A DNA stretch of 64,000 nucleotides from Ilumatobacter sp. (GCF_041688325.1 NZ_JBDNIJ010000042.1:4003-68002); one strand, 5' to 3'; counted from the stretch's first letter, positions 20,937 to 30,835 are shown. Program-made: numbers and translations. Notes: generated by a model from the sequence alone, not told the origin.

Positions 20937-22640
20937 CTTGAACGGTTGAACACCGAAGCACTGCGCGACACGGTTCGCACCTTCCGAGATGCTGTCAGGG
21001 CTCACGCGGGGGGTTTGAACAGGTTGAACGTGTATCCGGTCCCTGACGGAGACACTGGCACGAACATGGCGCGCACGCTCGACGCCGTTGTTGCAGAGAT
21101 GGACGGAACCGATCCAGACGACCTCGATGCCACGTGTGATGCGATCAGTCACGGCTCGCTCATGGGTGCCCGTGGTAACAGTGGCGTCATTTTAAGCCAG
21201 ATCATGCGTGGTATCGCCTCGACGCTGAAGACGCAGGCGCCCGTCACCGGTGCGAAGTTCGCCGAAGCGCTGCAGGCCGCAGCAACCGGTGCATACCAAG
21301 CCGTACTGAAGCCGATCGAAGGAACGATCCTCACGGTGGTTCGGCTGAGCGCAGACGGAGCGAAAGAGGCGGCAGATGCAGGCGGGTCGCTCGTTGAAGT
21401 GGTGCGTGCAGCGCAGGCCGCAGGCCGGATTGCGTTGGCGAACACACCGGAGCAACTGGCGGTCTTGAAAGACGCCGGTGTTGTCGATGCTGGTGGTGCC
21501 GGGTTCCTGCTGTTGCTCGATTCGGCCCTCTACGTAGTCGATGGCGAAGCGCTTCCCGAGCCCGAAGAAGACGACGGCACCGGTGGTGCTGTTGCGGCAG
21601 CATTCGACCAACCGGCGCAGCGATCGGGCAGCACCAAGATCGGCGGTGCTGGCGACGTTGACGTGGCCGACCAGCGTTACGAAGTGATGTACTTGATGGA
21701 TCTTGCCGATGAGCAGATCGACGCGTTCAAGCAGGGCTGGGGTGCAATTGGCGACTCGATCGTCGTGGTCGGTGGCGATGGGATCTGGAACTGTCACGTC
21801 CACACCAATGACATTGGTGCCGCGATCGAAGTGCCGCTCGACCTCGGTGGCCGCCCGAAGCAGATCCGTGTGACAGACCTCTTCGAAGAGGTCGACGAAG
21901 AACACGCCAAGCGCGAAGCGGCGATGGCAGGTGGTCGGACCAACGCCAGCATCACCAAGGCCGGGGGCGGGCTCACGCCTGTCACCACGGCGGTCGTTGC
22001 GGTGTGTTCCGGTGAAGGTCTCGTTGAACTGTTCGCCCAATTGCGTGTGCAAGGCGTCGTCACCGGCGGTCAGACGATGAATCCGTCGACCTCGGAACTC
22101 CTTGACACCGTCGCTGCGGTCAACGCCGACCAGGTGGTCATCCTGCCGAACAACAAGAACATCATCCCCGTCGCCGAGCAGGTCAACGCCCTCAGCGCCA
22201 AGCATGTGATGGTGGTGCCGACCACGTCGATGCCTGAAGCGCTGGCTGCCCTCGTCGTGTATGACCCAGAGGCATCTGCTGATGTCAACTACGCCCAGAT
22301 GGTCGAAGCTGCTGAGTCCGTCGCGACGGGCGAAGTCACTCAGGCAATCCGCGACACAAACTCCGATGCTGGTCCGATCAAGGAAGGCGATTGGATCGGC
22401 ATTGTCAAGGGTGACGGCATCGCAGCAATCAGCGATTCGCCGCACGGTGTGTCGATCGCACTCCTTGAGCATCTCCTTGAAGACGATGCCGAACTCGTGA
22501 CCGTCATCACCGGTGAAGACGCGACCGCAGAGTCAACCGCAGCGATTGAAGGCTGGCTGAGCGATCATCGTGCCGACATCACCGTTGAAGTCCAGCGCGG
22601 CGGACAGCCTCTCTACCCCTACCTCTTCGGTGTCGAATAG
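20937..22640 (+). CDS. DAK2 domain fusion protein (YloV family)
   Basis: YPVPDGDTGTNM DAK2 signature. Divergent from rpmB and upstream of recG, as is usual in Gram-positives. Start is uncertain (TTG 20937 or 20946; the track opens at 20835). Confidence 0.85.
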   Translation, partial: LERLNTEALRDTVRTFRDAVRAHAGGLNRLNVYPVPDGDTGTNMARTLDAVVAEMDGTDPDDLDATCDAISHGSLMGARGNSGVILSQIMRGIASTLKTQAPVTGAKFAEALQAAATGAYQAVLKPIEGTILTVVRLSADGAKEAADAGGSLVEVVRAAQAAGRIALANTPEQLAVLKDAGVVDAGGAGFLLLLDSALYVVDGEALPEPEEDDGTGGAVAAAFDQPAQRSGSTKIGGAGDVDVADQRYEVMYLMDLADEQIDAFKQGWGAIGDSIVVVGGDGIWNCHVHTNDIGAAIEVPLDLGGRPKQIRVTDLFEEVDEEHAKREAAMAGGRTNASITKAGGGLTPVTTAVVAVCSGEGLVELFAQLRVQGVVTGGQTMNPSTSELLDTVAAVNADQVVILPNNKNIIPVAEQVNALSAKHVMVVPTTSMPEALAALVVYDPEASADVNYAQMVEAAESVATGEVTQAIRDTNSDAGPIKEGDWIGIVKGDGIAAISDSPHGVSIALLEHLLEDDAELVTVITGEDATAESTAAIEGWLSDHRADITVEVQRGGQPLYPYLFGVE

Positions 22641-22716
22641 TCGTTTGCGTCGAAGTTTCCGTTGGACTGTCCGCAGAAATCTCGACACAAACGGCGAACG
22701 CTAAGTTTGGCGACTG

Positions 22717-24870
22717 ATGAGTGAGCAGGGGCCGATCACGATGCGGGATCTTTCGCTGATTCCTGTCGAGCGATTGCGCGGCGTGGGGCCAAAGAAGCAG
22801 GCGGCGCTCGCCATGGTGGGGATCACCAACCTGCTCGACCTGGTCACCACCTACCCTCGACGCTGGATCGATCGGACCAACGAGGCGCGCATCGCTGACC
22901 TTGTCCCTGGTCAGGAAGCCCTTGTGCTCGTCACGATCCGATCGGTCACCAAGCGCACCACTCGCAACCGCAGGTCGATGATCAACGTCAACGTCGGTGA
23001 CGGATCTGGCCGGATGGACTTGGTGTTTTTCAACCAGCCCTGGCGTGAACGGCAGTTCAAAGAAGGACTCCACGTCGCACTCTTCGGCAAGGCCGACACC
23101 TACCGAGGCGGCCTGCAGATGTCGAATCCTGTCGTCGACCTGATCGGGGATCGCACCGGCAAGATCGTGCCGATCTACCCGCAGAGCGAAAAGGCGCAGA
23201 TTACTACCTGGGAGATGGCCGGATGGGTCGAAGAGACGCTCCGTCGATGCGCTGAACGGACCATTGCCGACCCGGTGCCCGAGGCGATCCGTCGACGTCA
23301 CAGACTGATCGATCGGTCCGAAGCGCTCGCAGGAATCCATCTCCCCGACGACATGAAGACGAAGGAGTTGGCCCGATACCGACTCGCGTTTGACGAACTT
23401 CTTCGGGTGCAACTCGTCTTAGTTCTACGCAAGCGTGCAATGGAACGCGACTCGCTCGGGATCAAGCACGCGCTTGGTGGCCCGCTCGTCAAACGGTTCT
23501 ACGAGTCGCTGCCCTTCCCGCTGACCGGGGCGCAGACGCGGACCATTGAAGAGATCAACGCTGATCTCGGCAGCGCCCAGCCGATGCACCGGCTGCTCCA
23601 GGGTGATGTCGGCTCCGGCAAGACGGTTGTGGCTGTCGCCGCAATGCTTGCAGCGGTCGACGGCGGACATCAGGGAGCGTTGATGGTGCCGACCGAAGTG
23701 CTCGCCGAACAGCACGCCACCAGCGTGCGCGCGATGCTTGACAGCGTGACGGTGCCCGACCCAGGCAACTTGTTCGGCGATCGACCGCTCCGTGTCGAAC
23801 TCCTCACGAACCGGGTGACCGGCAACGATCGCAAGCAGGTGCTTGCAGGACTCGCCGATGGCAGCGTCGATATCGCCATCGGGACGCACGCATTGATCCA
23901 AGACACCGTCGACTTCGCAAGTCTCGGTGTCGTCGTGGTCGACGAACAGCACAGGTTTGGTGTCGAGCAGCGTGCAGCGCTTCGCTCGAAGACGGCCAAT
24001 GGCGCGGTGCCCGACACTCTGGTGATGACAGCGACGCCCATTCCGCGCACTGCGGCGATGACCGTTTACGGTGATCTCGACGTCAGCGTCCTCGACGAGT
24101 TGCCGCCGGGCCGAACGCCGATCGTCACTATGTGGGCCGACGGCGGCCTGATGGAGGCCGGGGTGTGGAACGACATCAAGGACGAAGTTGCCGCTGGTCG
24201 TCAGGCATACGTCGTCTGCCCGCTGGTCGGTGAGAGCGAGAAGCTCGAAGTGGCATCTGCCGAAGAGACTCTCGAACGGCTTGCCTTCGGCGAACTCCAG
24301 GGGCTCAGGTTGGGCATGCTCCACGGCAAGCTGCCGTCCGACGAGAAGGCTGTCACCATGGACCGGTTCCGTCGTGGCGAACTCGATGTGCTTGTCGCGA
24401 CCACGGTGATCGAGGTCGGCGTGGACGTGCCGAATGCAACCGTGATGGCAATCCTCGATGCCGATCGCTTCGGCATCGCCCAGCTCCACCAGTTGCGTGG
24501 ACGCGTCGGGCGCGGTGAGCACGCCTCGACGTGTTGGCTGGTGACTCAGCAGAAAGAAGACGACGAGGGCAACGCCGTTGTCGGGAACCCGCGTATCGAA
24601 GCCTTGGTTGCCACGACCGACGGTTTCGAACTGGCCGAAGTCGACCTCGACCTGCGTGGCGAGGGCACATTGATGTCGACCGCGCAGAAGGGTCGAAGCG
24701 ATCTGAAGTTGGCGTCACTCCGACGCGATCGCAAGCTCGTTGAACTGGCCCGCGAGGCAGCGTTTGAAATCGTTGACGGCGATCAGGATTTGGTGAAGCA
24801 CCCAACCTTGGCCGATGAACTCGACCTCGTTTTCAGCGACCAAGACGAAGCGTTCCTCGCCAAGTCCTGA
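22717..24870 (+). CDS. recG: ATP-dependent DNA helicase RecG
   Basis: 717 aa. Walker A GDVGSGKT, DEQHRFG, QLRGRVGRG. Confidence 0.95.
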   Translation: MSEQGPITMRDLSLIPVERLRGVGPKKQAALAMVGITNLLDLVTTYPRRWIDRTNEARIADLVPGQEALVLVTIRSVTKRTTRNRRSMINVNVGDGSGRMDLVFFNQPWRERQFKEGLHVALFGKADTYRGGLQMSNPVVDLIGDRTGKIVPIYPQSEKAQITTWEMAGWVEETLRRCAERTIADPVPEAIRRRHRLIDRSEALAGIHLPDDMKTKELARYRLAFDELLRVQLVLVLRKRAMERDSLGIKHALGGPLVKRFYESLPFPLTGAQTRTIEEINADLGSAQPMHRLLQGDVGSGKTVVAVAAMLAAVDGGHQGALMVPTEVLAEQHATSVRAMLDSVTVPDPGNLFGDRPLRVELLTNRVTGNDRKQVLAGLADGSVDIAIGTHALIQDTVDFASLGVVVVDEQHRFGVEQRAALRSKTANGAVPDTLVMTATPIPRTAAMTVYGDLDVSVLDELPPGRTPIVTMWADGGLMEAGVWNDIKDEVAAGRQAYVVCPLVGESEKLEVASAEETLERLAFGELQGLRLGMLHGKLPSDEKAVTMDRFRRGELDVLVATTVIEVGVDVPNATVMAILDADRFGIAQLHQLRGRVGRGEHASTCWLVTQQKEDDEGNAVVGNPRIEALVATTDGFELAEVDLDLRGEGTLMSTAQKGRSDLKLASLRRDRKLVELAREAAFEIVDGDQDLVKHPTLADELDLVFSDQDEAFLAKS

Positions 24871-24872
24871 TC

Positions 24873-24907
24873 ACCGGTCACACTGTGTCAGGCACAGTGT
24901 GACCGGT
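24873..24907. repeat. REP-like palindromic element, copy 2
   Basis: ACCGGTCACACTGTGTC-A-GGCACAGTGTGACCGGT (one arm mismatch), followed by a duplicated GTGACCGG. Sits between convergent stops. Confidence 0.8.
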
Positions 24908-24915
24908 GTGACCGG

Positions 24916-25107
24916 CTACCAGTCGGGGCGGCCGTCGCTCTCGATGTCTGACTCGTCGAGCACGAGGTCCCAACGGTCGAGGCAATCCTCGCAGCGATAG
25001 GCAACGACATCATCGACTTCCCAATTGCCGTCTTCGCGCGGCATCGTCAAGAGGAAGCAGCGGCCACCGCAGTCGATGCAGGTGATCTGTGGCGGGGGAG
25101 CGAGCAC
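24916..25107 (-). CDS. hypothetical zinc-ribbon protein
   Basis: 63 aa with CIDC...CEDC (two CxxC pairs about 24 residues apart). Confidence 0.45.
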   Translation of the reverse strand: MLAPPPQITCIDCGGRCFLLTMPREDGNWEVDDVVAYRCEDCLDRWDLVLDESDIESDGRPDW

Positions 25108-25136
25108 GACCTCAGTGTGCCCGTATCATCGCTCGG

Positions 25137-25667
25137 ATGCGTGTAGTGGCAGGAGAACTGGGTGGTCGAAAGATTGTGTCGCCTGACGGGACATCCACTC
25201 GACCGACGACCGATCGAGTGCGTGAGGCGATTTTTAACTCGCTCGGAAGTTCCGGCGTGCTCGACGGCGCGCTCGTCGCTGACCTGTTCGCCGGCACCGG
25301 TGCCGTCGGGATCGAAGCGCTGTCGCGAGGCGCCGAACGTTGCGTGTTCGTCGAACGCGATCGGACGGCCCTTCGGGTCCTCGAGGAAAACATCGACGCG
25401 CTCGGGCTGCGCGACCGTTCCAAGGTGATCACCTCAGACGCCATGGCGACCGCGTCGGCAATCGACTGCGACATCGTCCTGGCCGACCCGCCGTACGGCT
25501 TTGACGCGTGGGCCGAACTGTTGCGGGTGGTCCGCGCTGACCTCGTTATCGCAGAATCAGGTCGCTCAATTGACTGCCCAGACGGGTGGAGGATCACTCG
25601 CGAGAAGAAGTACGGACGCACAATGGTGACGTTCTTCGAACGCGTCGAACTAGTGTCTGGCGAGTGA
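25137..25667 (+). CDS. rsmD: 16S rRNA (guanine966-N2)-methyltransferase RsmD
   Basis: RPTTDRVREAIFNSL, DLFAGTGAVGIEALSRGA, LADPPYG motifs, with coaD following. Confidence 0.85.
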   Translation: MRVVAGELGGRKIVSPDGTSTRPTTDRVREAIFNSLGSSGVLDGALVADLFAGTGAVGIEALSRGAERCVFVERDRTALRVLEENIDALGLRDRSKVITSDAMATASAIDCDIVLADPPYGFDAWAELLRVVRADLVIAESGRSIDCPDGWRITREKKYGRTMVTFFERVELVSGE

Positions 25668-26179
25668 ACGGTTCCGGCGCGAAACCCCAGCGAGTGATGT
25701 ATCCGGGCAGCTTTGATCCGCTGCACCTTGGGCATATCGACGTCATCGAACAGGCGCACGAACTCTTCGGAGGCGTGGTCGTCGCTGTGATGCACAACCA
25801 TGCCAAAGCGAGCGGTCTCTTCCCAGTTGCCCAACGGATCGACCTCGCCGAGCAAGCGCTCGCGCACCTCGATGGTGTCACCGTGGAAGCGCAGACGGGA
25901 CTTGCCGTTCAGGCTGCTGCGAATCTCGGCGTCGACTTCATTGTCAAGGGGCTCCGCAACAGTGAAGACTTCGAAATCGAACAGCAGATGGCACAGAACA
26001 ATCACGCCGTCACAGGTATTCGCACCGTGTACCTGCCGTGCTCGCCTGGGCTGGGCTACATCAGTAGCCGCTTTGTGAGGGAGATTGCGAAGTACGGTGA
26101 GGAAATCGGGCATTTGGTGCCGGCCACGGTTGCCGTCGCTTTGCGCACCGTCTTCGCAGATAAGCAGGACCGAACATGA
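25664..26179 (+). CDS. coaD: phosphopantetheine adenylyltransferase
   Basis: YPGSFDPLHLGHIDVI nucleotidyltransferase motif. GTG 25664 forms a GTGA overlap with the rsmD stop. ATG 25697 is an alternative start. Confidence 0.9.
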   Translation: MNGSGAKPQRVMYPGSFDPLHLGHIDVIEQAHELFGGVVVAVMHNHAKASGLFPVAQRIDLAEQALAHLDGVTVEAQTGLAVQAAANLGVDFIVKGLRNSEDFEIEQQMAQNNHAVTGIRTVYLPCSPGLGYISSRFVREIAKYGEEIGHLVPATVAVALRTVFADKQDRT

Positions 26180-26784
26180 CTCACGACGACAACTACGACG
26201 AGTACGAAGAAATCGACGACACCTATCCGGAGCCCGGTGCGCCGATGGGGCCTGTCGGCGACGCAGAAACATTGCTGCGCCGAGTCATCGACATCATCGC
26301 CGACGCGCCAACGATGCCGCTGTCGTCATCGCCGCGTATCGACCGCGACGAGGTCGTCGAACTGCTTGACGAAGCACTCCACCGCCTCCCCGACGAACTC
26401 CGTCAGGCGCGTTGGATGCTGAAGGAGCGACAGGACTTCGTTGCCAAGACTCGTCGTGAAGCCGACGAACTCCTCGAAGCCGCCCGCGTCCGTGCCGAGC
26501 GCATGGTGCAGCGCACCGAAGTTGTGCGTGCCGCCGAGCAGCGAGCTCGGACCGTCATGGAGACTGCCGACGCCGACTCGCGTCGACTCAAGCACGAGAC
26601 CGAAGATTTCCTTGACCAGCGGTTAGGCAGCTTTGAGATCCTGCTCGACAAGTTGCAGAAGACGGTCAACGCCGGACGCCAGCGCTTGTCGATTGGCGAC
26701 CCGCAACCGGACACGACGAACACGGGCGGCCTCCCGGTCATCGACGACTCCGCTGCCTCCGCCTTCTTCGACCAAGACCACTGA
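26176..26784 (+). CDS. hypothetical coiled-coil protein with acidic N-terminus
   Basis: 202 aa. ATGA overlap with the coaD stop. Long Arg/Glu-rich helical region (DFVAKTRREADELLEAARVRAERMVQ...). No enzyme motif. Confidence 0.55.
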   Translation: MTHDDNYDEYEEIDDTYPEPGAPMGPVGDAETLLRRVIDIIADAPTMPLSSSPRIDRDEVVELLDEALHRLPDELRQARWMLKERQDFVAKTRREADELLEAARVRAERMVQRTEVVRAAEQRARTVMETADADSRRLKHETEDFLDQRLGSFEILLDKLQKTVNAGRQRLSIGDPQPDTTNTGGLPVIDDSAASAFFDQDH

Positions 26785-26786
26785 CC

Positions 26787-26892
26787 AGCGGCGATCACGG
26801 TTCGGCGATCTCTGCGTCAGCTCTCACCGCTCGTTGGCGGAGGCCATCTCGGGTTCGCGCTTCCGTGATCTGACCGAACCGTGATCGCCGCT
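26787..26892. repeat. 106-nt stem-loop with 19-bp perfect inverted arms
   Basis: AGCGGCGATCACGGTTCGG (26787-26805) is the exact reverse complement of CCGAACCGTGATCGCCGCT (26874-26892). It starts 3 nt after the upstream stop codon. Confidence 0.8.
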
Positions 26893-27030
26893 TGCGGGGA
26901 GCCTGCTGAAGAGTTTGTGGCGGTTGCTCGGGTGTGTTGACGAGGTGTTTGCGGGTGACTCAGCGTCCTGGTGACGAATGACTGAGGAACAGACTCGCGG
27001 AATGGCGGCCTTGCGGTAGCGTTTTCTTCC

Positions 27031-27540
27031 ATGGTGGATTTGCTGCGGCCTCTTCGAATTAATGCGGTCGAGCTCTTACGGCGGCCGGGAGCAACTCTGC
27101 CGGTGATCGAGGAGATCTTGGCTGAGCCGCTCGGCGTCGTTCACGAGCGATTGAACGGCAAGATTGACGTCGCAATTGAACTCGAATCGATGAACGACGG
27201 GATCGCCGTCACTGGAACTGTCGGAGCGCCCTGGGCAGCACCGTGTCGTCGCTGCCTCAAGGATCTGTCCGGTGTGGCCCGAGTGGACATCGATGAGCGC
27301 TACCAGATCGACAACATCGACGAAGAGGCCTACCCAATCGAGAACGGTCAACTCGATCTCGTCCCGATGGTGCGCGAGTTGGCGATGATCGAACTCGACG
27401 CCGAGCAGGTTTGCCAGCCCGATTGCAAAGGCCTTTGCCCGGCCTGTGGCATCGACTGGAACAAGGCCTCCTGCAACTGTGACAACACGGTGACCGACCA
27501 TCGATGGTCTGCTCTCGACGGCCTCGTTCTCGACGAATGA
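27031..27540 (+). CDS. yceD: YceD/DUF177 family protein
   Basis: 169 aa with Cys pairs CRRC and CKGLCPACG. Located upstream of rpmF, as is typical. Confidence 0.85.
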   Translation: MVDLLRPLRINAVELLRRPGATLPVIEEILAEPLGVVHERLNGKIDVAIELESMNDGIAVTGTVGAPWAAPCRRCLKDLSGVARVDIDERYQIDNIDEEAYPIENGQLDLVPMVRELAMIELDAEQVCQPDCKGLCPACGIDWNKASCNCDNTVTDHRWSALDGLVLDE

Positions 27541-27744
27541 AGCGTCTGCGTGACGACATTGGTTGCCATCCCAGCCAAAATCGTCACGCAAACAGATGGG
27601 ACCCGTCAGCACGCGTTCGTCACGCCGCATGTTGATTGTGGCTGAGCGCCGATAACGTTGCACGTCGCTGCGAGGCTCCTCGCCGCCAGCGAATCAGATC
27701 TCCAGTCGACCAGAGTGGTCGATGCAGTAGCGAAAGAGCGAACG

Positions 27745-27921
27745 ATGGCCGTTCCCAAGAAGAAGACTTCGAAGTCGAAAACACGCAGCCGTCGTGCCAG
27801 CGCCTGGAAGCTACAGACACCGCCGCGGAGCATCTGCCCCCGCTGCGGCAACGCCAAGACACCTCACACGGTGTGTGGCGAGTGCGGCTGGTACCGCGAC
27901 CGCGTCGTCGTCGAAGTCTGA
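27745..27921 (+). CDS. rpmF: 50S ribosomal protein L32
   Basis: MAVPKKKTSKSKTRSRRASAWK...CPRCGNAKTPHTVCGECG. ATG 27745 lies inside the longer track ORF. Confidence 0.95.
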   Translation: MAVPKKKTSKSKTRSRRASAWKLQTPPRSICPRCGNAKTPHTVCGECGWYRDRVVVEV

Positions 27922-27944
27922 TCCCCACCGGATCTCCTGCGGAC

Positions 27945-28934
27945 ATGCTTCCCGTCGCCGTCGATGCAATGGGCGGCGATGCCGCGCCACAACCAAATCT
28001 TGACGGCGCTTTTGCAGCTGTCGCTGCCGGCACGCCGGTTGTCATGGTTGGCCCTGCAGGCCTCGCTGGCCTCACCTCTGGTGGCGTCACGCTCGATCTG
28101 ATTCCTGCGTCCGAAGTCATCGGCATGAAGGACGACCCGGCGCAGAGCGTTCGCAAGAAGAAAGACTCGACGCTCGTGCGCGCCGCCGAGGCCGTCCGCG
28201 ACGGAAACGCCAGCGCCATGATCTCGGCCGGTAACACCGGGGCCACGATGGCCGCGGCGCTGCTTCGCATGGGCCGCATCAAGGGCGTCAAGCGCCCTGC
28301 GATCGCCACCCCTATCCCAGTCCCTGGTTCGACTCCGACCGTTCTGCTCGATGCTGGCGCCAATGCCGACGTCCAGGCCGAATGGCTCGTGCAATTCGCG
28401 CTGATGGGTTCGGTCTATGCGCGCCGCCGCTTCGGTATCGAGAACCCACGTGTCGGCCTCCTCTCGATTGGCGAAGAGCCCGGCAAGGGCGATGCACTCC
28501 GCAAAGAGGCCTACGGACTCCTTGCTCAGGCGCCGGGCATCAACTTCGTTGGCAACGTCGAGGGTCGCGATGTGATGAGCGCCGACATCGACGTCTGTGT
28601 CACCGACGGCTTCACCGGCAACGTCGTGTTGAAGACGCTGGAAGGCAGTATGCAGTTCCTCATCGGGGCACTGCTCGAAGTCTTCGCTCAGCCGGAGTAC
28701 AAAGAACACGCCGACGCGCTGATGCCAGCGCTGCTCCCGCTGTACGAGACGTTCAACCCCGACACCTATGGCGGTGCAGTGCTGCTCGGTGTCGACGGCG
28801 TCTGCATTATCTCCCACGGATCGTCGAGCGCCACGGCGATCACGAACGGCATCGCCGTCGCCCGCGAATTGGTTGAACACGACCTCGTCGGAGAAATTCG
28901 CGACGTCATCGCAGCTGCGACGCCGACCGGCTAA
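27945..28934 (+). CDS. plsX: phosphate acyltransferase PlsX
   Basis: MLPVAVDAMGGDAAPQ N-terminus. ATG 27945 is in frame with track ORF 27636..28934. Confidence 0.92.
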   Translation: MLPVAVDAMGGDAAPQPNLDGAFAAVAAGTPVVMVGPAGLAGLTSGGVTLDLIPASEVIGMKDDPAQSVRKKKDSTLVRAAEAVRDGNASAMISAGNTGATMAAALLRMGRIKGVKRPAIATPIPVPGSTPTVLLDAGANADVQAEWLVQFALMGSVYARRRFGIENPRVGLLSIGEEPGKGDALRKEAYGLLAQAPGINFVGNVEGRDVMSADIDVCVTDGFTGNVVLKTLEGSMQFLIGALLEVFAQPEYKEHADALMPALLPLYETFNPDTYGGAVLLGVDGVCIISHGSSSATAITNGIAVARELVEHDLVGEIRDVIAAATPTG

Positions 28935-28985
28935 CGCGACTTCCAAGGCGAGAGCCCGAGCCTGGTCGACGGGTAGGATGGCGTC

Positions 28986-29264
28986 ATGAGTGAAGTCATC
29001 AGCCGCGACGAAGTCCTGAAGATTGTGCGTGACGCACTGTCTGACATTCTCGAGATCGAGCCTGACACGATCACCGAGGGCCAGTCGTTCGCCGACGACC
29101 TCGAAGCCGATTCGCTTGCGCTGATCGAACTCGTCGAAGCACTCGAAGAAGCACTGAGTGAGAAGGTCGCAGGCTTCACCATCGAAGACGAGAGCCTCGA
29201 AGATCTGAAGACCGTGCGCGATGCTGTCGATTACGTGCACGAAAACGCCAACGAAAGCGCCTGA
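28986..29264 (+). CDS. acpP: acyl carrier protein
   Basis: 92 aa. DLEADSLALIELVEALEE contains the phosphopantetheine-attachment DSL motif. Confidence 0.85.
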   Translation: MSEVISRDEVLKIVRDALSDILEIEPDTITEGQSFADDLEADSLALIELVEALEEALSEKVAGFTIEDESLEDLKTVRDAVDYVHENANESA

Positions 29265-29271
29265 AGCCTCC

Positions 29272-29964
29272 GTGAGTGATCCGGAATCCAGTGACCTTGC
29301 CGAACTCGCGACGCGAGTCGGTCACGAGTTCGCTGACCCGGCACTCCTCCGACGAGCGATGGCACACCGTTCGTGGTGCGCTGAGACGCCCGGCGAGCCG
29401 AGCAACGAACGCCTTGAGTTTCTCGGCGATGCCGTGCTCGGCTGGGTCATCGCCGACATCGCGTTCCGCCGTTTCGACAAGCTGCCAGAAGGTCTACTGA
29501 CGGATCTCCGGAAGAGCGTCGTTAATGCGAGCGCACTCGCTGAGGTTGCCGAAGAGATCGGTATCGGACGGTACCTGTTCCTTGGCAAGGGCGAAGCAGC
29601 TGCAGGCGGCGCCGAGAAGCCGTCGCTTCTCTCCGACGCATTCGAAGCAGTGCTTGGCGCCGTGTATTTGGACGGCGGCACCGCTCCGGCCTATGCGATG
29701 GTCGAACGTTGGGTTGCGCCGCGCCTGTCGACGTCGATCGAACGGATCGACCAGCTCGATCACAAGACGCAGCTCCAAGAACTTGCCGCTCGTTCCGGCA
29801 AGGGAGCTCCCGACTACGTGCTCACGTCAACAGGCCCCGACCACGCGAAACGTTTTCATGCCGAAGTGATCATCGACGGCAACATCCTCGGCGCCGGATC
29901 TGGTCGCTCGAAGAAGGCCGCCGAACAAGCTGCCGCTTCGCGCGCTGCCGCTGTCTTGGGCTGA
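29272..29964 (+). CDS. rnc: ribonuclease III
   Basis: NERLEFLGDAVLG signature and C-terminal dsRBD (GSGRSKKAAEQAAA). GTG 29272 is the likely start. Confidence 0.93.
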   Translation: MSDPESSDLAELATRVGHEFADPALLRRAMAHRSWCAETPGEPSNERLEFLGDAVLGWVIADIAFRRFDKLPEGLLTDLRKSVVNASALAEVAEEIGIGRYLFLGKGEAAAGGAEKPSLLSDAFEAVLGAVYLDGGTAPAYAMVERWVAPRLSTSIERIDQLDHKTQLQELAARSGKGAPDYVLTSTGPDHAKRFHAEVIIDGNILGAGSGRSKKAAEQAAASRAAAVLG

Positions 29965-29967
29965 TCG

Positions 29968-30804
29968 ATGCCCGAGCTGCCCGAGGTCGAGACGGTTCGG
30001 CGCGGCCTACAAAGGCAACTCGCAGGCCGACGGATCGAGCGAGTCGAAGTCGGTCGAGAACGTGTGGTGCGCCGGACGTCTCGTGAGGCGTTGATCGACG
30101 GGCTGACCAACACGACGGTCCTGAGCGCCGAGCGTCGCGGGAAGTATCTGATCATGCCGCTCGACTCGGGTGACTCGATGATGATTCACCTGCGGATGAG
30201 CGGCCAAGTACTTCTCGCTCCCGCTGGTGCCGACCGTCCAGCTCATACGCACGTGGTCATGCACCTCGACAACAGCACCGAATGCTGGTTCGTTGACCCA
30301 CGCACCTTTGGAGAGGTGGTCGTCTATAACCCGGCAAATGTGGCCGTCGAGCTCCCGCCCCTCGCTCAGCTCGGTGTCGACCCGATTGCCGAACACTTTC
30401 CTCGCACCGCACTACGCAAGATGGTCCGAGGAACGAGCAAGGCGCTCAAACCGTTCCTGCTCGACCAGCAGAACGTCGCCGGGATCGGGAATATCTACGC
30501 CGACGAGATTCTCCACCGGTCGCGCCTCCGGCCCGAACGACCAGCCAACACGATCGATGCAGCGGCGACCTGGCGGCTGCATTTTGCAATCATCGACATC
30601 CTCACGGCGTCGATCGAGGTGGGCGGTTCGACGCTTGGTGATGCGCAGTACGTCGATGTCGATGGCGAGAGCGGCAGCTTCCAGAACGAGCACCGCGTAT
30701 ACGGCCGTACTGGCGAGCGATGCAGCACCTGCGGTCGAGGATGGATCCGGCGCATCGTCTCTGGCGGCAGGTCGACGCACTACTGCCCAATCTGCCAGCG
30801 CTGA
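29968..30804 (+). CDS. mutM: formamidopyrimidine-DNA glycosylase
   Basis: MPELPEVETVRRGL N-terminus and C-terminal zinc finger CSTCG...HYCPICQ. Confidence 0.95.
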   Translation: MPELPEVETVRRGLQRQLAGRRIERVEVGRERVVRRTSREALIDGLTNTTVLSAERRGKYLIMPLDSGDSMMIHLRMSGQVLLAPAGADRPAHTHVVMHLDNSTECWFVDPRTFGEVVVYNPANVAVELPPLAQLGVDPIAEHFPRTALRKMVRGTSKALKPFLLDQQNVAGIGNIYADEILHRSRLRPERPANTIDAAATWRLHFAIIDILTASIEVGGSTLGDAQYVDVDGESGSFQNEHRVYGRTGERCSTCGRGWIRRIVSGGRSTHYCPICQR

Positions 30805-30835
30805 CGGTCACACTGTGCCTGGCACAGTGTGACCG
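30805..30835. repeat. REP-like palindromic element, copy 3
   Basis: CGGTCACACTGTGCC-T-GGCACAGTGTGACCG, starting at the first base after the mutM stop codon. Confidence 0.85.

Noticed and set aside
27548-27744. Hairpins in the yceD-rpmF spacer (GCGTGACGA...TCGTCACGC at 27548/27581; TCGACCA-GAG-TGGTCGA at 27704-27720) as a possible L32 autoregulatory leader.
   Set aside because: The stems are short and I know of no described L32 leader in this lineage. Nothing can be concluded without comparative data.
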